Below are positions 1 to 15,624 of a DNA stretch of 64,000 nt, one piece after another; the first letter of the stretch is position 1, and each line of letters starts with the position of its first letter. The notes below the pieces were generated by a model. It worked only from the letters and a program-made list of their open reading frames with translations, was not told the DNA's origin and ran no database searches. This DNA comes from the human T2T-CHM13v2.0 reference genome, Homo sapiens, in the NCBI RefSeq assembly GCF_009914755.1, contig NC_060926.1. One strand, written 5' to 3'. The position numbers and the translations under genes are program-made.

Positions 1-103
1 TCTGTGATCTTAAGCTCTGAGTGGTAAGGCCGGGTTGTCTAACTTCAAAGCCTGTACTCTTTCTTACCTACTTTGTGAGTCTGCCTTCCCATTGTAGGTA
101 TAG

Positions 104-805
<702 letters not shown>

Positions 806-979
806 TAGTTTTACTAACTTCATGTAATATGATCTATTCTTTCCTAGAGATTTATCTACATATATTGCTTTTTCTTTTTTCCTTTTTGAAATAGTATCTG
901 CTGTCATTCAGCTGTATCAATGATATTCTTATATTTTATTATATATTTAAAGACAGACTTTTCACAAAAATGGTGTTTT

Positions 980-2048
980 TTTTAAATTTTTTTACTTTTT
1001 AATTATACTTTAAGGTCTGGGGTACATGTACAGAATGCGCAGGTTTGTTACCTAGGTATACATGTGCCATGGTGGTTTGCTGCACCCATCAACCTGTCAT
1101 CTACATTAGGTATTTCTCCTAATGCTGTTCCTCCCCCCGCCCCTTGCCCGGCCTGGTGTGTGATGTCCCCCTCCCTGTGTCCATGTGTTCTCATTGTTCA
1201 ACTCCCACTTATGAGTGAAAACATGCGGTGTTTGGTTTTCTGTCCTTGTGATAGTTTGCTGAGAATGATGGTGACCAGTTTCATCCATGTCCTGCAAAGG
1301 ACATAAACTCATCCTTTTTTATGGCTGCAATAGTATTCCATGGTGTATATGTGCCACATTTTCTTTATCTAGTCCATCATTGATGGTCATTTGGGTTGGT
1401 TCCAAGTCTTTGCTATTGTGAACAGTGCCGCAATATACATGTGCATGTGTCTTTATAGCAGCATGATTTATAACCCTTTGGGTATATACCCAGTAAAGGG
1501 ATTGCTGGGTCAAATGGTATTTCTAGTTCTAGATCCTTGAGGAATCGCCACACTGTCTTCCACAATGGTTGAACTAATTTACACTCCCACCAACAGTGTA
1601 AAAGCGTTCCTATTTCTCCACATCCTCTCCAGCGTCTGTGGTTTCCTGACTTTTTAATGATCGCCGTTCTGACTGGCCTGAGATGGTATCTCATTGTGGT
1701 TTTGATTTGCATTTCTCTAATGACCAGTGATGATGAGCATTTTTCATATGTCTGTTGGCTGCATAAATGTCTTCTTTTGAGAAGTGTCTGTTCATGTCCT
1801 TCACCCACTTTTTGATAGGATTGTTTTTTTCTTGTAAATTTGTTTAAGTTCTTTGTAGATTCTGGATATTAGCCCTTTGTCAGATGGATAGATTGCAAAA
1901 ATGTTCTCCCATTCTGTAGGTTGCCTGTTCACTCTGGTAATAGTTTCTTTTGCTGTGCAGAAGCTCTTTAGTTTAATTAGATCCCATTTGTCAATTTTGG
2001 CTTTTGTTGCCATTGCTTTTGGTGTTTTAGTCATGCAGTCTTTGCGGC
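980..2048 (-). mobile_element. 5'-truncated L1PA (L1PA6/7-like): ORF2 C-terminus plus 3'UTR
   Basis: ORF2 peptides [23 protein letters not shown] and [14 protein letters not shown]; TSD aaaatggtgtttt at 967-979 and 2049-2061. Confidence 0.93.
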
Positions 2049-3379
2049 AAAATGGTGTTTTAAATTCATAATTGAGAAAACAAAATTTAGAAGTACCTGT
2101 TCTTTTAAAAGAATCTGGAGTCTCTTTTCTTCACTAGGTGATTTAGCTGTGCTTATTACATGTGGTTTGCATTTGGCCTTTAAGGGAGAATATTTGGGAA
2201 CAAGATGAGTCTTAAACCTGCCTCCCTTTTTTTTTTTTAATAGCTAGCTTTCCTCACTTTTTATATTCGTATCCTTACCTACCTCATTTTAATGTTCACT
2301 CCCATTGTTCTATTGAAATCTACAAAATTGTCCATGACTCATGTAGACATAGTCCTAGTTTTCCCAGAATAGCCTTAAGTTATGCCTGTTAGTCTGACGT
2401 AGTTATTAATACAATTTCTTTTACACTCAAAAGCGTCCCAGTTTATATGATAAATTATGTGGTTTACCCTTTTTGTAAACTACATGTTGAGGAAGCCAGT
2501 GGTCATAGTTTAAACTTTACCTTGCTTGATTTTCAGTAGCATTTCACACTGTTGATTCTCTTTCTGTGGCCCAATACTCTTCTCTACTTGTCCTATCAAT
2601 ATTGGTTTCTTGGCACTTTGTCCTAGTGTCTCTGCTTTTCACACTTTTCCCATATTTTTCTGAAATCATATTATATGGTATCAGTTGCTTTTTACATATG
2701 CTTCTAATGCAGTTAGTCTTTTCTGGAAATTCTTATACAAATTGAATTTTCAACAAGCTGAAATAAAGATTGGTAAGATCTTTAAATATAATTTTTTTTT
2801 AGCAGTAAATTACATTATTTCCAGCCAAGTTCTAAAACTATCTTTGGAAGCCTTCAAACTTTGCCATACTATTTTTTCCTCTTTCAGTAGTAGCATAAGA
2901 TATCATGATATATATTTACTGCTTTTCTAAAAGTATCATAAGCTTTTCCCATTTTTACACTGAGTATTAGAATAAACCTTAGCTGTACTGAACTACCCAT
3001 AACTAGCCACGGATATTACAACAGGATCTCTGTACTTTCTTTTTATTTTTTAGCAGCCTCTATCTAGCCTTGTCTTGAATTGTTGTTAGATGATATTTTA
3101 AAATTTTATCTATACTTTTAATAAATACAGGAGCTGATACAATGAGAATTTGGCCACAGCGATAGCTGAAGACTAAAGGGAAAAAGCCTTATAGTAGTAT
3201 GTGATTCCTACCTTCTACTTTTACTTTTTTATATTCAATTTTATACCATATGCTTTGTGGTTCCAAACATAGCTCATAATTTTTCATGTCCCAGAAATTT
3301 TAGAATTTATCTTTTGAAACAGTCTTTGTAAAGTGGAATCTAAAACCATGTGTTGTATGACATAGGAATGTCTGTAGAT

Positions 3380-4600
<1,221 letters not shown>

Positions 4601-4808
4601 TTTAATTTTACACTGAATTATTGCTCTTTATATCTGTAATGAGGAAAGTACCAGTTTGAGTAAAAATAGAAGTCCTAATCATTTTATTTCATTAATGATT
4701 CCAAGGCGTTTTTTACAAGAACAGTAGTATTTAAGCAGTGTCATGAAAATAGTGAGTTTGATTAATTATATTCTGCTTATTCATCCTCTGGTTTCAATTA
4801 TATAGAAC

Positions 4809-5006
4809 AGTGATTCTCAATTTTTAACTTAAAAAAAATCCCAACATTCCTTAGCACTGTTGCATCAATATCAATGGCTCACTAGCTCAGAAGTGGAACA
4901 GTAGTTGTCAGTCATGGCCAGGGGTTAGTATAAATAATTTGTAAAAAGCCCCTAGTCCTTACTTCCTCATTGAGTTAGACCCTCTCTCGTCCATTGAGAA
5001 GTACTG
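4809..5006. mobile_element. hAT-Charlie (MER5/MER-like) MITE relic
   Basis: terminal inverted repeats cagtgattctcaa ... ttgagaagtactg. Confidence 0.45.
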
Positions 5007-5214
5007 AAAGAGAGTGTACTTAACTTCAGTGGACCCTGTTCTTAGATATTGTTAAACTTATTTAATATTTGGTAAAATAATTCTGTGGACTGAAACCTAA
5101 GTTTAATGTGTGGAAATTAAAAAGTGCAGTAGAGGCCCTCCTGACTGATGAGTATGACAGGTAGATAGGTAGTTGAATAAGTTGGTTAAAGTGAGGAATC
5201 ATTTAAAAAATATG

Positions 5215-5340
5215 AGCCGGGTGTGGTGGCACATACTTGTAATCCCAGCTACTGAGGAGGCTGAGGTGGGAAGACTGCTTGAGCCCAGGAGTTTGAGTCC
5301 AGCGTGGGCAACATAGTGAGACCCCCATCTTTGAAAAAAT
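5215..5340 (+). mobile_element. FLAM / Alu monomer
   Basis: gccgggtgtggtggc ... gagacccccatct plus A tail. Confidence 0.8.
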
Positions 5341-6589
5341 ATATATATACCTTAAACATTGTATTTTAACTTAAAACACAGAACTGTGTGTTCATTCTCC
5401 AGGCTTTTAACTTTGGGCAAAGTATTTTCAGGATATGATTTCCTTGACTGGAGTTCTCGCTCATCTTTTTTATAAATAGCACATCTATAAAGCATCATCT
5501 GTGGATCCAATTTTAATCTCTTTAAAATAGAGTTAGAATATAAAGCAATCTGAGTGTAAAATATACTTAGGCTTTTATGATTTTTCTGTCCCAAGGTTTT
5601 TTAGCTTTTTTTCCTGGCACTTGTTTTTATTTTATTGTCTCTCAAAAGCATATGATTCAATTTCTGTAATACCTCTCTGTGCTTTCATATGTCATTAGTT
5701 CATATACTTTTGATCTAAATTGTGTAATTATGATAAAAAGAACAATTAGCATGAATAGAAACAAAAATTGACTCTAGGTAACCATACGCCCCAGCCTGTG
5801 TACAGGGAATGAGCTATGAGCCTTGAGCATTCCATGTATTATGGGTATTAATATGTTTTACAGTGGGAATGGAAACTTCCTAGTCCAGTGAGTCAGTGAA
5901 GTTGGAATAGGTTAAAGAGAGTGAATGCATATATACTAATAATTTTTAATGGTAAAGATTTCGTACAAGCCTATCCTCCCACCACCCCCAATGATGTATT
6001 TAAACTTTGAGGATTTTTTTTTCAAGGCTTAAGAAGTTGGTGTGTGTGTGTGTTTCTTTTTTTTAAATGTGTGTTTTTTATCTTTGAAATATTGTTTGCT
6101 AAAGATTGTATTGATGTATTTTTTGCATAGAAGAAAGCAATTAAATGTACATCTCTTGAAATCATACAGATTTGGTTGATAAGATGAAATGAGATTAATC
6201 TAGGGATAAAAATTTTTTATTGATTGCAACAGAAAATACTGCATTATATCATTAGAATCAAGAAAATAAGGTTTTATAAACACACAGCTACCTCAGTATC
6301 ATGTCATATATTGGACATATGGTAATAATTACTGTAATGATGTACTAAGTACTTTTGTTAATGCTTCATGTAATTCTTTTAAGATGGATGTTTTTATTTT
6401 CTACTTTATAAATGAAGAAATTGATTCAGAGAGTGTAAATATTGTGCCTAAAGCCATATAGGTATTAAATGGAAGGCTGGGGTTTGAATTTAGGTATATC
6501 TGATTCTAAAGTATATATATTCTGTATTATTGGTTAAGCTTTTTAAAAAAATCTTATGAAATTTTTGGGTTGTGTGTGTCTTTTTTTAG

Positions 6590-6769
6590 ATGAAGAAAAT
6601 AGTTTACATGTGGTAGTGAACTGTGGAGAAGCATTACTGAAGAATAACACTTACTGGCCTCTTGTTAGTGATTTTATTAATATTCTTTCTCATCAAAGTG
6701 TGGCCAAGAGATTTTTGGAGGATCACGGTTTGTTAGTTACATGGATGAACTTTGTATCTTTCTTTCAAG
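6590..6769 (+). CDS. UBR3: UBR3 coding exon A (180 nt, phase 1-1)
   Basis: tttttag|ATGAAG acceptor and CAAG|gtatga donor; encodes (D)EENSLHVVVNCGEALLKNNTYWPLVSDFINILSHQSVAKRFLEDHGLLVTWMNFVSFFQ(G); frame continues into the next exon. Confidence 0.93.
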
Positions 6770-7018
6770 GTATGAATTTTATCCCTTTGTTAATTTTTTG
6801 GTTTACAAAATTCCTAATGCTAAATTATTAAATATCAATTAAAATACAATAGCACATCATTCACGCTACACATGAAATAGCTCATTATTTTAATTGGTAT
6901 TTGTAAGTACTTTAATAAATTGTTCATAAAACATACCAAGGAGTTAGGAAAAATGTCAAATGATTGAAAAAGAAACAGGAGTATAACTTTTTAAGCATTT
7001 AAACAAATTTAACTTAAT

Positions 7019-7149
7019 TTTTTTATTTTTAGTAGAGACAGGGTCTCACTATGTTGCCCAGGCTGGTCTAGTACTCCTGGGCTCAACCAATCCATTTGCT
7101 TCAGCCTCCCAAAGTGCTGGGATTACAGGGATTAGCCACTGTGCCTGGC
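7019..7149 (-). mobile_element. Alu left monomer (FLAM/AluJ)
   Basis: antisense Alu left arm. Confidence 0.8.
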
Positions 7150-7506
7150 TTTGAAGCATTTGTAACCATTAATCTAGAAATGTGAAATCTATTGTCTGAG
7201 AAAGATTCGTAACACGTAAAGCTTTCAACTAACATCAATTAAAATTTTTTTGACTTTCTTATCAAAAGATATTCAGTTTATTACATGAGATAATTCATAA
7301 AATGTTTCTAAGAAAACCTAGTTTGTAAAAAATTCTGAAAGGACTAGATTGTTTCATTTTTAGTAATTTACTTATTTCTATATGTACTGTGTCAGTAATG
7401 CTATTTGTGTGCATAAATGTGTTTGGGACTGGGAAATGTACTTGATATTTAATATGAATGTGTGCTTCCACTTGACAAGGTTTATATCTGCTTTAATTTT
7501 TGCCAG

Positions 7507-7640
7507 GTATGAACTTAAACAAGCGAGAACTAAACGAGCATGTGGAATTTGAGTCTCAGACCTACTATGCTGCCTTTGCTGCTGAACTTGAGGCCTGTGC
7601 ACAGCCAATGTGGGGGCTTTTATCACATTGTAAAGTTAGG
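7507..7640 (+). CDS. UBR3: UBR3 coding exon B (134 nt, phase 1-0)
   Basis: ttttgccag|GTATG acceptor, AGG|gtatgt donor; (G)MNLNKRELNEHVEFESQTYYAAFAAELEACAQPMWGLLSHCKVR; the QGMN..KR..EHVE motif is typical of UBR1/2/3. Confidence 0.93.
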
Positions 7641-8445
7641 GTATGTTGGAAATATTTTTGTTAATTTCTGTGTTTAAGAAAAAGACTTGTGAAAATATTG
7701 GTTTGTTCATTTGTATATAATGTGCAGTGTTTAATTTTGTTTCAAATTGAATTCAGCTTTATGAAAACTGACCTGAGACAGTAATTTTCATTCTTAGGCA
7801 GTTTGGAATTCATTATTATCAGATTTTTCCAGCCTGTTGCTATTGTGAACAGTCTTCGGAACTTCATTAGTCTCCACATTCATCTTTATTGTTTCATTTG
7901 TTATCAGTTGCCTAATGCTTCTTGTCTTTCAAGGAGTAGGATAGTCCTCAATATTACACTTTCAAGATTCCAAGGACAAAACAAGTATAAATTCCACAAA
8001 CCTTCCAGTGGTTGTTATATAATGTATATTATAATATATAATATTATAAGCATTGGTTTGATGGGTCTCCAGAAACCTTGGGCAGTCCAGACAAATGGAA
8101 TCCCCTGACCCTATTAAACTAAAGACTTGACTAAAATTTTGATAATAGACACCATGCAGTTCCAGTCTGTTATTCTATACCAGTAATCATGCTGGACAAG
8201 ATTTTGTAGTAGACATATTTTGAAGCCCTGGGTTCTAGTTTTGGCTCTGCTTCTTTTTTACTTGCGTGACTTGGTCAGCTCATTTAAAAATATTTGAATT
8301 TCTCAGTCTGTTTACTGACCTTTTAAAAACAAAGTGAAAGAGAAATGGGACAGTAAAGCCTGCTCTTTGTTATTGTGAAGCTGTCTTCCATCTACCACTT
8401 AAGCGTATGTGTTTCTTTAAGTAGATTTATACTTTCTTTTGTTAG

Positions 8446-8735
<290 letters not shown>

Positions 8736-9236
8736 TAACAGGTCTGATTATTCATGTAGATCCCCTTGTAGGTACATGAATTTTCTCAGGTTCTGAATTA
8801 ACTTTTAAAAACTATCTGTCCATACGATATTTCCTTTTGTGCCCTTTTTGTCATTTAATGGTATCTTAAATTATGTAATTGTCCATTCTGGAAACTTTCT
8901 TCCCTTGCTGTGCTAGCTGTGTTTAACCTGTAAGCAGATACTAAGAATCTTTCGTTCTAGAAATATTCCTCTCCTGCTTTTTTCCTTTATTTCTCTGTAT
9001 TTTAAAAATATGGATTATTAAGGTAATTTCTTAACTGGTTTTCGTGTTTCTAGACCCTTTCTACTGTAATCTGTCTCAATACCAAAGTTACTTTTCTAAG
9101 CTCTATATATCTCCCTCTCCTTTACTTAAAAATCATTCAAGTTCTCATCAATCTACAGGATAACATCTGTTTTTCCTATAGAGACATTTAAAATTCTCCA
9201 CAAGTTGCCCTCAACTTGTCTCTCATAATTCGTTAT

Positions 9237-9504
9237 CTTTTTTTTTAATTTTTAAATTTTTTTTTATTTTTTGAGATGGAGTCTCACTCACTGTCACCCA
9301 GGCTGGAGTGCGAACTCAGCTCACTGCAACCTCTGCCTCCTGGGTTCAAGCGATTCTTCTGCCTCCACCTCCCAAGTAGCTGGGATTACAAGTGTGCACC
9401 ACCATGCCTGGCTCATTTTTGTATTTTTAGTAAAGACAAGGTTTCACCATGTTGCACATACTTGTCTCAAACTCCTGACCTCAGGTGATCTGCCCACCTC
9501 AGCC
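9237..9504 (-). mobile_element. 5'-truncated AluS
   Basis: antisense Alu lacking its first ~35 nt. Confidence 0.85.
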
Positions 9505-10283
9505 TATAATTCATCTTCTTATACCCCCTCTCCCTCCATGCCTTTATTGGATTGATTATTATTCCCCAACATGCAGTGTCCTTTCTTGATTCCTGTGCTT
9601 TTGTTCAAGCTGGTCTCTTTCTTTGGCATATGGTCTTTCATTCTCTTTTGTTGGCTCAGAGTTTTTCTTGCATGAGAGTTATCTTGGAAGCTTAAAAAAT
9701 ATGTATGCATAAGCCCCAGTGTCAGAGGTTTTGATTCATTTGATATGCAGTGGGACCTGTGTAGTGATTCTAACCAAAATGAAGAACAATTAATGTTAAC
9801 TCTTTGAAATTTTAAAGTTTTCTTAAAAAATTCTCAAGACTCAGATATATAATCTACTCATTTATTCCTCCAGTCAGGTTTGTTTTCATAGTGTACCTTG
9901 TTTAATTTCCACTGTAGCATTTATCAAGAAACTGTCATATAATATGAGGTTTGTTTGTTCATTTATTCAAAAAATATATGCCAGACATTGTTTAGATGCT
10001 TAAGTTTTTGGTACTGAACCAAATAGATATGGTTCTTGCTCTCATAGGGGAGATAAATCTTAAGTAAGTAAACACATCGATTTACTTCAGAAGCTTTTGT
10101 AAGTGCTCTTTGGGAAAATAACAGGTTGTTATGAGGGAGAGTAATGAGTATGAGGACTGAAGATTTGAGTATCAGAGAATGCGTTTATGAAGAGAGAATA
10201 TGAAGGACCCAGCTCTGTGAATATTAAATTGGGGTTAGTGTTTGTCGTGGGGGAGATAAGAGGGAATAGCCTACCTTCAGTAG

Positions 10284-10596
<313 letters not shown>

Positions 10597-10889
10597 TTGA
10601 TTGGTCCTTTTAAGGAATTTGTGGCTGGAACCACAGAGTAAACAAGTTGGAGTTGGAGAGATAGGCAGAGATCAGATTATTATTGCAGGTATTCGCAGAT
10701 CATGTTAAGTACTCTTGGATTCAGTTTTAAGGAGAAGCCACTGAAGATTTTTAAGCAAGGGTTTAATGTGATCAGATTTACACTTAAAAGATCATTCTGT
10801 TCCTGGAGAAGACTGGATTTGAGCAGGAGTAGCGTGGGTGGGAAGCAGCAAGACCAGGAGTAAATAGACCAATTAAGAGGCTATGGTAA

Positions 10890-11203
10890 ATTGATCTCAC
10901 TTATATGTAGAATCTGAAAAAGTTGAGCTTATAGAAGTAGAGAGTAGAATGTTGGTTTCCAGAAGCTGGGGCTGAGGGAGTGGGAAATGGGGAGATTTTG
11001 ACTAAAGGGTACAAAGTTTTAGCTAGGGAGGAGGAATAACTTTGAAATCTATTGCACAACATGGTGACTATAGTTAATAATAATGTATTTTACATTTCAG
11101 AATTGCTAAAGGAATAGATTTGTAATGCTCTCACTACAAAAAATGATAAATGTCTGAGGTGATGGATATGTTAATTAGCTTGATATACCCATCCCACAAT
11201 GCA

Positions 11204-11234
<31 letters not shown>

Positions 11235-11296
11235 CTTGAAACATCACATTGTACCCCATAAATACATGTGTTTATTTTTTGTCAATTAAATAAAAA
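10890..11296 (+). mobile_element. L1MA-type 3' end with internal (TG)n(TA)n
   Basis: gatctcacttatatgtagaatctg...gtcaattaaataaaaa; microsatellite at 11203-11233. Confidence 0.75.
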
Positions 11297-12604
11297 CATG
11301 CTGTGACAATAGTCTAAACATGAAATTCAGGTAGCATATATTTGATATGTATATATTCAAAGTATATTTTGGATATTCAAGATGTATTTTTGAGGTAGAA
11401 TCTACAGGCTTGGTGATGGATTGTACATTGTTGATGAGAGAGAGAGACTTTTGAGTAACTGTGTATGGAAGTGCTATTTACAAAGCTAGTAAAGACTGAG
11501 AGAATGTCAAGTTTAGAGAGATCAGAGTTAGCTTTAAATAGGTTAAGTTTGAGATGTCCGTGAAATGTCCAAGTAGAAATAGTGAATAGGCAGTTGGATA
11601 TATAAGTCTCATGCTCAAAAAGTAAGTCTGGACTGAGGTTATACATTCTAGACCCTTCGGCATATAGAAGATATTTATCACCAAGGGATGGATGAGATTA
11701 AATAGGGAGAAAAGAGATGTGAACCCCGAAGAAAGAACTGACATTTAGATATTAAGGACAGGGAGAAGAGAAAAATCAGAAGAATGCCATGTCATGTATG
11801 TAAGCCCACGGAAGACGGAGCCTCAGTAAAGTGGGTTGATATGATATTGATATAAAAAGATCAATATTTTAGGAAGATTATTCTGACTACTGTGTTTAGG
11901 ATGAATTTTAATTATGAGGCTGAGGTTATGTTTATCTCTTTGATAATGAAAAATCATTATTTCCGGGCAGTAGTTCATATTTCAGCTTTCAAGGCTAGAA
12001 TTACAATGCAGTATGATTCACCTAATCTATGAAGTAAAGATAACAGAGAGAAAACAGGCTCCTGTTGTCCTGGCAGTATCTGAGAGAGTAACTTCTCAGT
12101 TATAGGAGCGTCTGGTTCCTAGATAAGACATTCTCTTCGTGAGCACTTACACTATGTGAGACATTGTTCTAGGCACTTTTCATATATTCTTATCTAACAT
12201 TCATTGCATCTCCTATAAAGTACATGGCATCATTCTGTTCTTTCAGAGGTTAAATGACTTAAGTTCACATAGCTATAAGTAGACGCTGAATTTGAAAGCA
12301 AATTTATCTAATTTAAAAACCAATGCTATTTATCACTTTGCTGTTACTGTTTTTAAAGCCAGAATTTCCAAAGCTTTTTAGCTGCAGTGCTGTCAGGGTT
12401 TAGAAGTATAAACTAGAAGAAACACTATTATTTATAGGAAAAAATGTTATTTCTCTGTTTAAATTTTCTACTGTAAAATATAAAACTTAAGGATTAAGTA
12501 ATTTAAAAGGAAACTTCACTTGATAAATTACTGTCTTTGTATGATTGCACTGAATGCTATTTGATTCTTGAAAACATTAAGGGCTAGTTAAAAAAAGTAA
12601 TACT

Positions 12605-12643
12605 ACCCAGATAGCTCAGTCAGTAGAGCATCATACTTTTAAT
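12605..12643 (+). pseudogene. 5'-half tRNA-Lys(TTT) pseudogene
   Basis: ACCCAGATAGCTCAGTCAGTAGAGCATCATACTTTTAAT matches 35/39 nt of the recalled tRNA-Lys-TTT 5' half GCCCGGATAGCTCAGTCGGTAGAGCATCAGACTTTTAAT; ends just past the anticodon; no T-arm or B box. Confidence 0.8.
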
Positions 12644-13699
12644 GCTCGATTAACTAATGACATGAAGATTGGATAAGAGGATGACATGTTTCTAGAATTT
12701 TACTGATACTTGCTTTCTGAGGAGAAAAATAAGCTGCAAAATCTTCATCTGGTGGCAACTATAGGTTACTACAGACTTGATAGAAGATTAATGTGGTCTT
12801 GACTCTTCAGAGCACTTAACTATTTGTCAGACATAGTGTTAACCTATGATACAGAGCATTTTATGTACATCATTTCACTTGCCTCTTCAGAACAGTACTG
12901 GGAAGTAGGTTGTATTATGCTTATTTTTACATGTGGAGAAACTGAGACTCATAAAATTTAAGTAATTTGCTCAAGGTCATAAAACTAGTAAGTTAGCATG
13001 CATACTGACTTTTTTGGGGGTTGAGGGGTGGTAGTAGTGGGAAAATAGGAGAGAGACAATCAGAACATGATTATTAAATATGCTGTATTTGTGAATGGAA
13101 TTGACTTGTCACCTTTTTAAAGACTCTTAGTACCTACTTGTCAAATTGTTCTCCAGAAGGGTGGTACCAGTTTACACTTGCGCTAAGAGCATGTAATGGT
13201 ACCTCATTGCCCAAATGCTTGATGAAATAGGAGAACTTTCGGTTTTAAAAGTTTATTTATCTGTGAGTTACCTGCTACTTTAGTTTGGTTGTGACAGATT
13301 ATTTATGATAACTTATAAGTGCCATTAATTTGTTTTCAATGAGAGGTATGGAATAGAATGTATCAAATACTATTTTATAAAGACAAATCTCATATAGCAT
13401 AGATTAAAACAGGATGAGAATGTTAGTAAGGTGACCAGGTAAGTGATTTCGGTCTGGATTGTGGCAATGGAAATAAGCATGAAGCTATATTATAATATCA
13501 AGCAAGAATTGACAGGACATGGAGATGAGTAAGGTGAAGGAGAAGTCAAGAATGAATGTGAGACTTTCAGCTTTTTAAAAAGGCATATTTATATAATTTA
13601 CATAGGTAGCTGATGAGTTTAACTCACGTGGATTTGATGCTTTCTGCACTTACACATTATACGTGATGCCCCAAAATATCTGTTTTTAACTTAAAAAAA

Positions 13700-14810
13700 G
13701 GAGATAAAATTCACCATTTAACCATTTTAAAGTGTATACTATTCAGTGGTTTATAGTGTATTCACAAAGTTTACCACTACTACCACTATCTAATTCCAGA
13801 GTATTTCCATCACCCCCAAAAGAAATTGCATACCTCCCAATTCCAACCTCCCCTCATCTCTTGGAAACCACTAATCTTTTTTCAACCTTTATAAATCTAC
13901 CTAGTTTGGACATTTCATATAAATGGAATCCTATAATATGTGGCCTTTTGTGTCTGACTTCTTTCACTCAATGTAATGTTTTCAAGGTTCAGCTGTGTTG
14001 TAGCATGTATCAGTACTTCATTCCTTTGTCTGGCTAATATTTCATTGTATGGATATACAACATTTCATTTGTCCTTTAATCAATTGATAGATATTTGGGT
14101 TGATTCTACTTTTTGGCTGCTATGAATAATACTTCTGTGAATGTTTATATACATTTTTTGTGTGAACATATATTTTCAATTTTCTGGAAATATACATAGG
14201 AATGGAATTGCTTGGTCTTATGGTAACTCTATATTTAACTTACCAAAGAACTGCCAAGCTTTTTTTTTTCTTTTTGAGATAGGGTCTCACTGTGTTGCCC
14301 ATGCTGGAGTGCAGTAGCATGATCATAGCTCATTGCATCCTTAAAATCCTGGGCTCAAGCAGCCCTTCCACCTCAGCCTCCCTCCCAAGTAGATAGGACT
14401 ATAAATGCACGCCACCACTCTTGACTAATTTTAAAATTTTTTCGCAGAGACAGAGACTTGCTGTGTCCCAGCTAGTCTTGAACTCCTGGCCTCAAGTGAT
14501 CCTTCTGACTTGGCCTCCCAAAGTGTTGCCATTATAGGCATGAGCCACTGTGCCCAGCTGCAAACAATTTTTCCAAGCAGCTGTACCATTTTACAGTCTC
14601 ATCAGCAATATATGAGGATTCCAATTTCTCTACATCCTTCCTAACACTTTCTGTTTTATGTTTTTAAAATTACAGCCTCTCTAGTTGGTGTGAATTGGTA
14701 TCTCATTGTGGCTTTGATTTGCATTTTCCTATGATGTTGAGCATCTTTGTATGTGCTTATTAGTCATTTGCGTATTTTCTTGGAAGAAATGTCTTTTTAA
14801 ATCCTTTGCC
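13700..14810 (-). mobile_element. L1M (MB/ME-like) 3' region, split by an AluJ
   Basis: aaaattcaccatttaaccattttaaagtgtat... through ...ggtatctcattgtggctttgatttgcattt. Confidence 0.75.
14260..14560 (-). mobile_element. AluJ
   Basis: diverged Alu with J-type features (gatcatagctca, gggctcaagc). Confidence 0.85.
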
Positions 14811-15537
14811 TGTTTTTTTTTGTTTGTTTGTTTTTTGTTTTTTTTTTTTGTTTTTGGTAAGCAAGCCTATCATTATTTCTATTTCTGTTTAATTTAGAAC
14901 TCGCCTATTTTGGTGGATCTGTTTTACCACAAAACATTGTAGTTGTCTTTTACAGTACTTTTATTTCAAGTGGTACACACATCATTTCTTCTCCCAAATT
15001 CTGTTGTAAGTCAAGGTATTCACAGGTTACTTACAGTCCACATATGCTCTGCCCTTTCTTTTTAATTGTGTAAAATACATATAACATTTACCACTAACTA
15101 TTTTTAGCTGTAAAATTCAGTGACTTGAAGTACATTTACAGAGTTGTACAACTGTCGCTACTATCCATGTCCAATACTTTTTTGTCAGCCCCAAAGAAAC
15201 TCTGTACCCATTAAACAATGACATTAGGGAATTTATAATAAATTGGGGGGGGTGTCTCTTGAAATGGAGTCTGATTTAAATCTATTTAAAATCTATTTCT
15301 GCTTTCATTCATTTTTAGAAATGTATTGTAAAAAAGGAAGCGTATTGACTTACTTAATTTTCATATTTGTCACTGGTTGTTTATGAAGGGAGAGTTTCTT
15401 GAAATGGCAAATATAATCTTAAAATCTATACATTTTACCATTTTATATATACACAATGCATATAATTACATATAATTTAATGTTGAAAATATATGTTTAT
15501 ATATCATAAATTTATTATATATAACTTACTATTTTAG

Positions 15538-15624
15538 GAAACTCAAGAGTATACCCGAAATGTTGTTAGATATTGCCTTGAAGCTCTTCAAGACTGGTTT
15601 GATGCTATTAACTTCGTAGACGAG
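15538..15624 (+). CDS. UBR3: UBR3 coding exon C (87 nt, phase 0-0)
   Basis: attttag|GAA acceptor, GAG|gtatgt donor; ETQEYTRNVVRYCLEALQDWFDAINFVDE. Confidence 0.92.
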
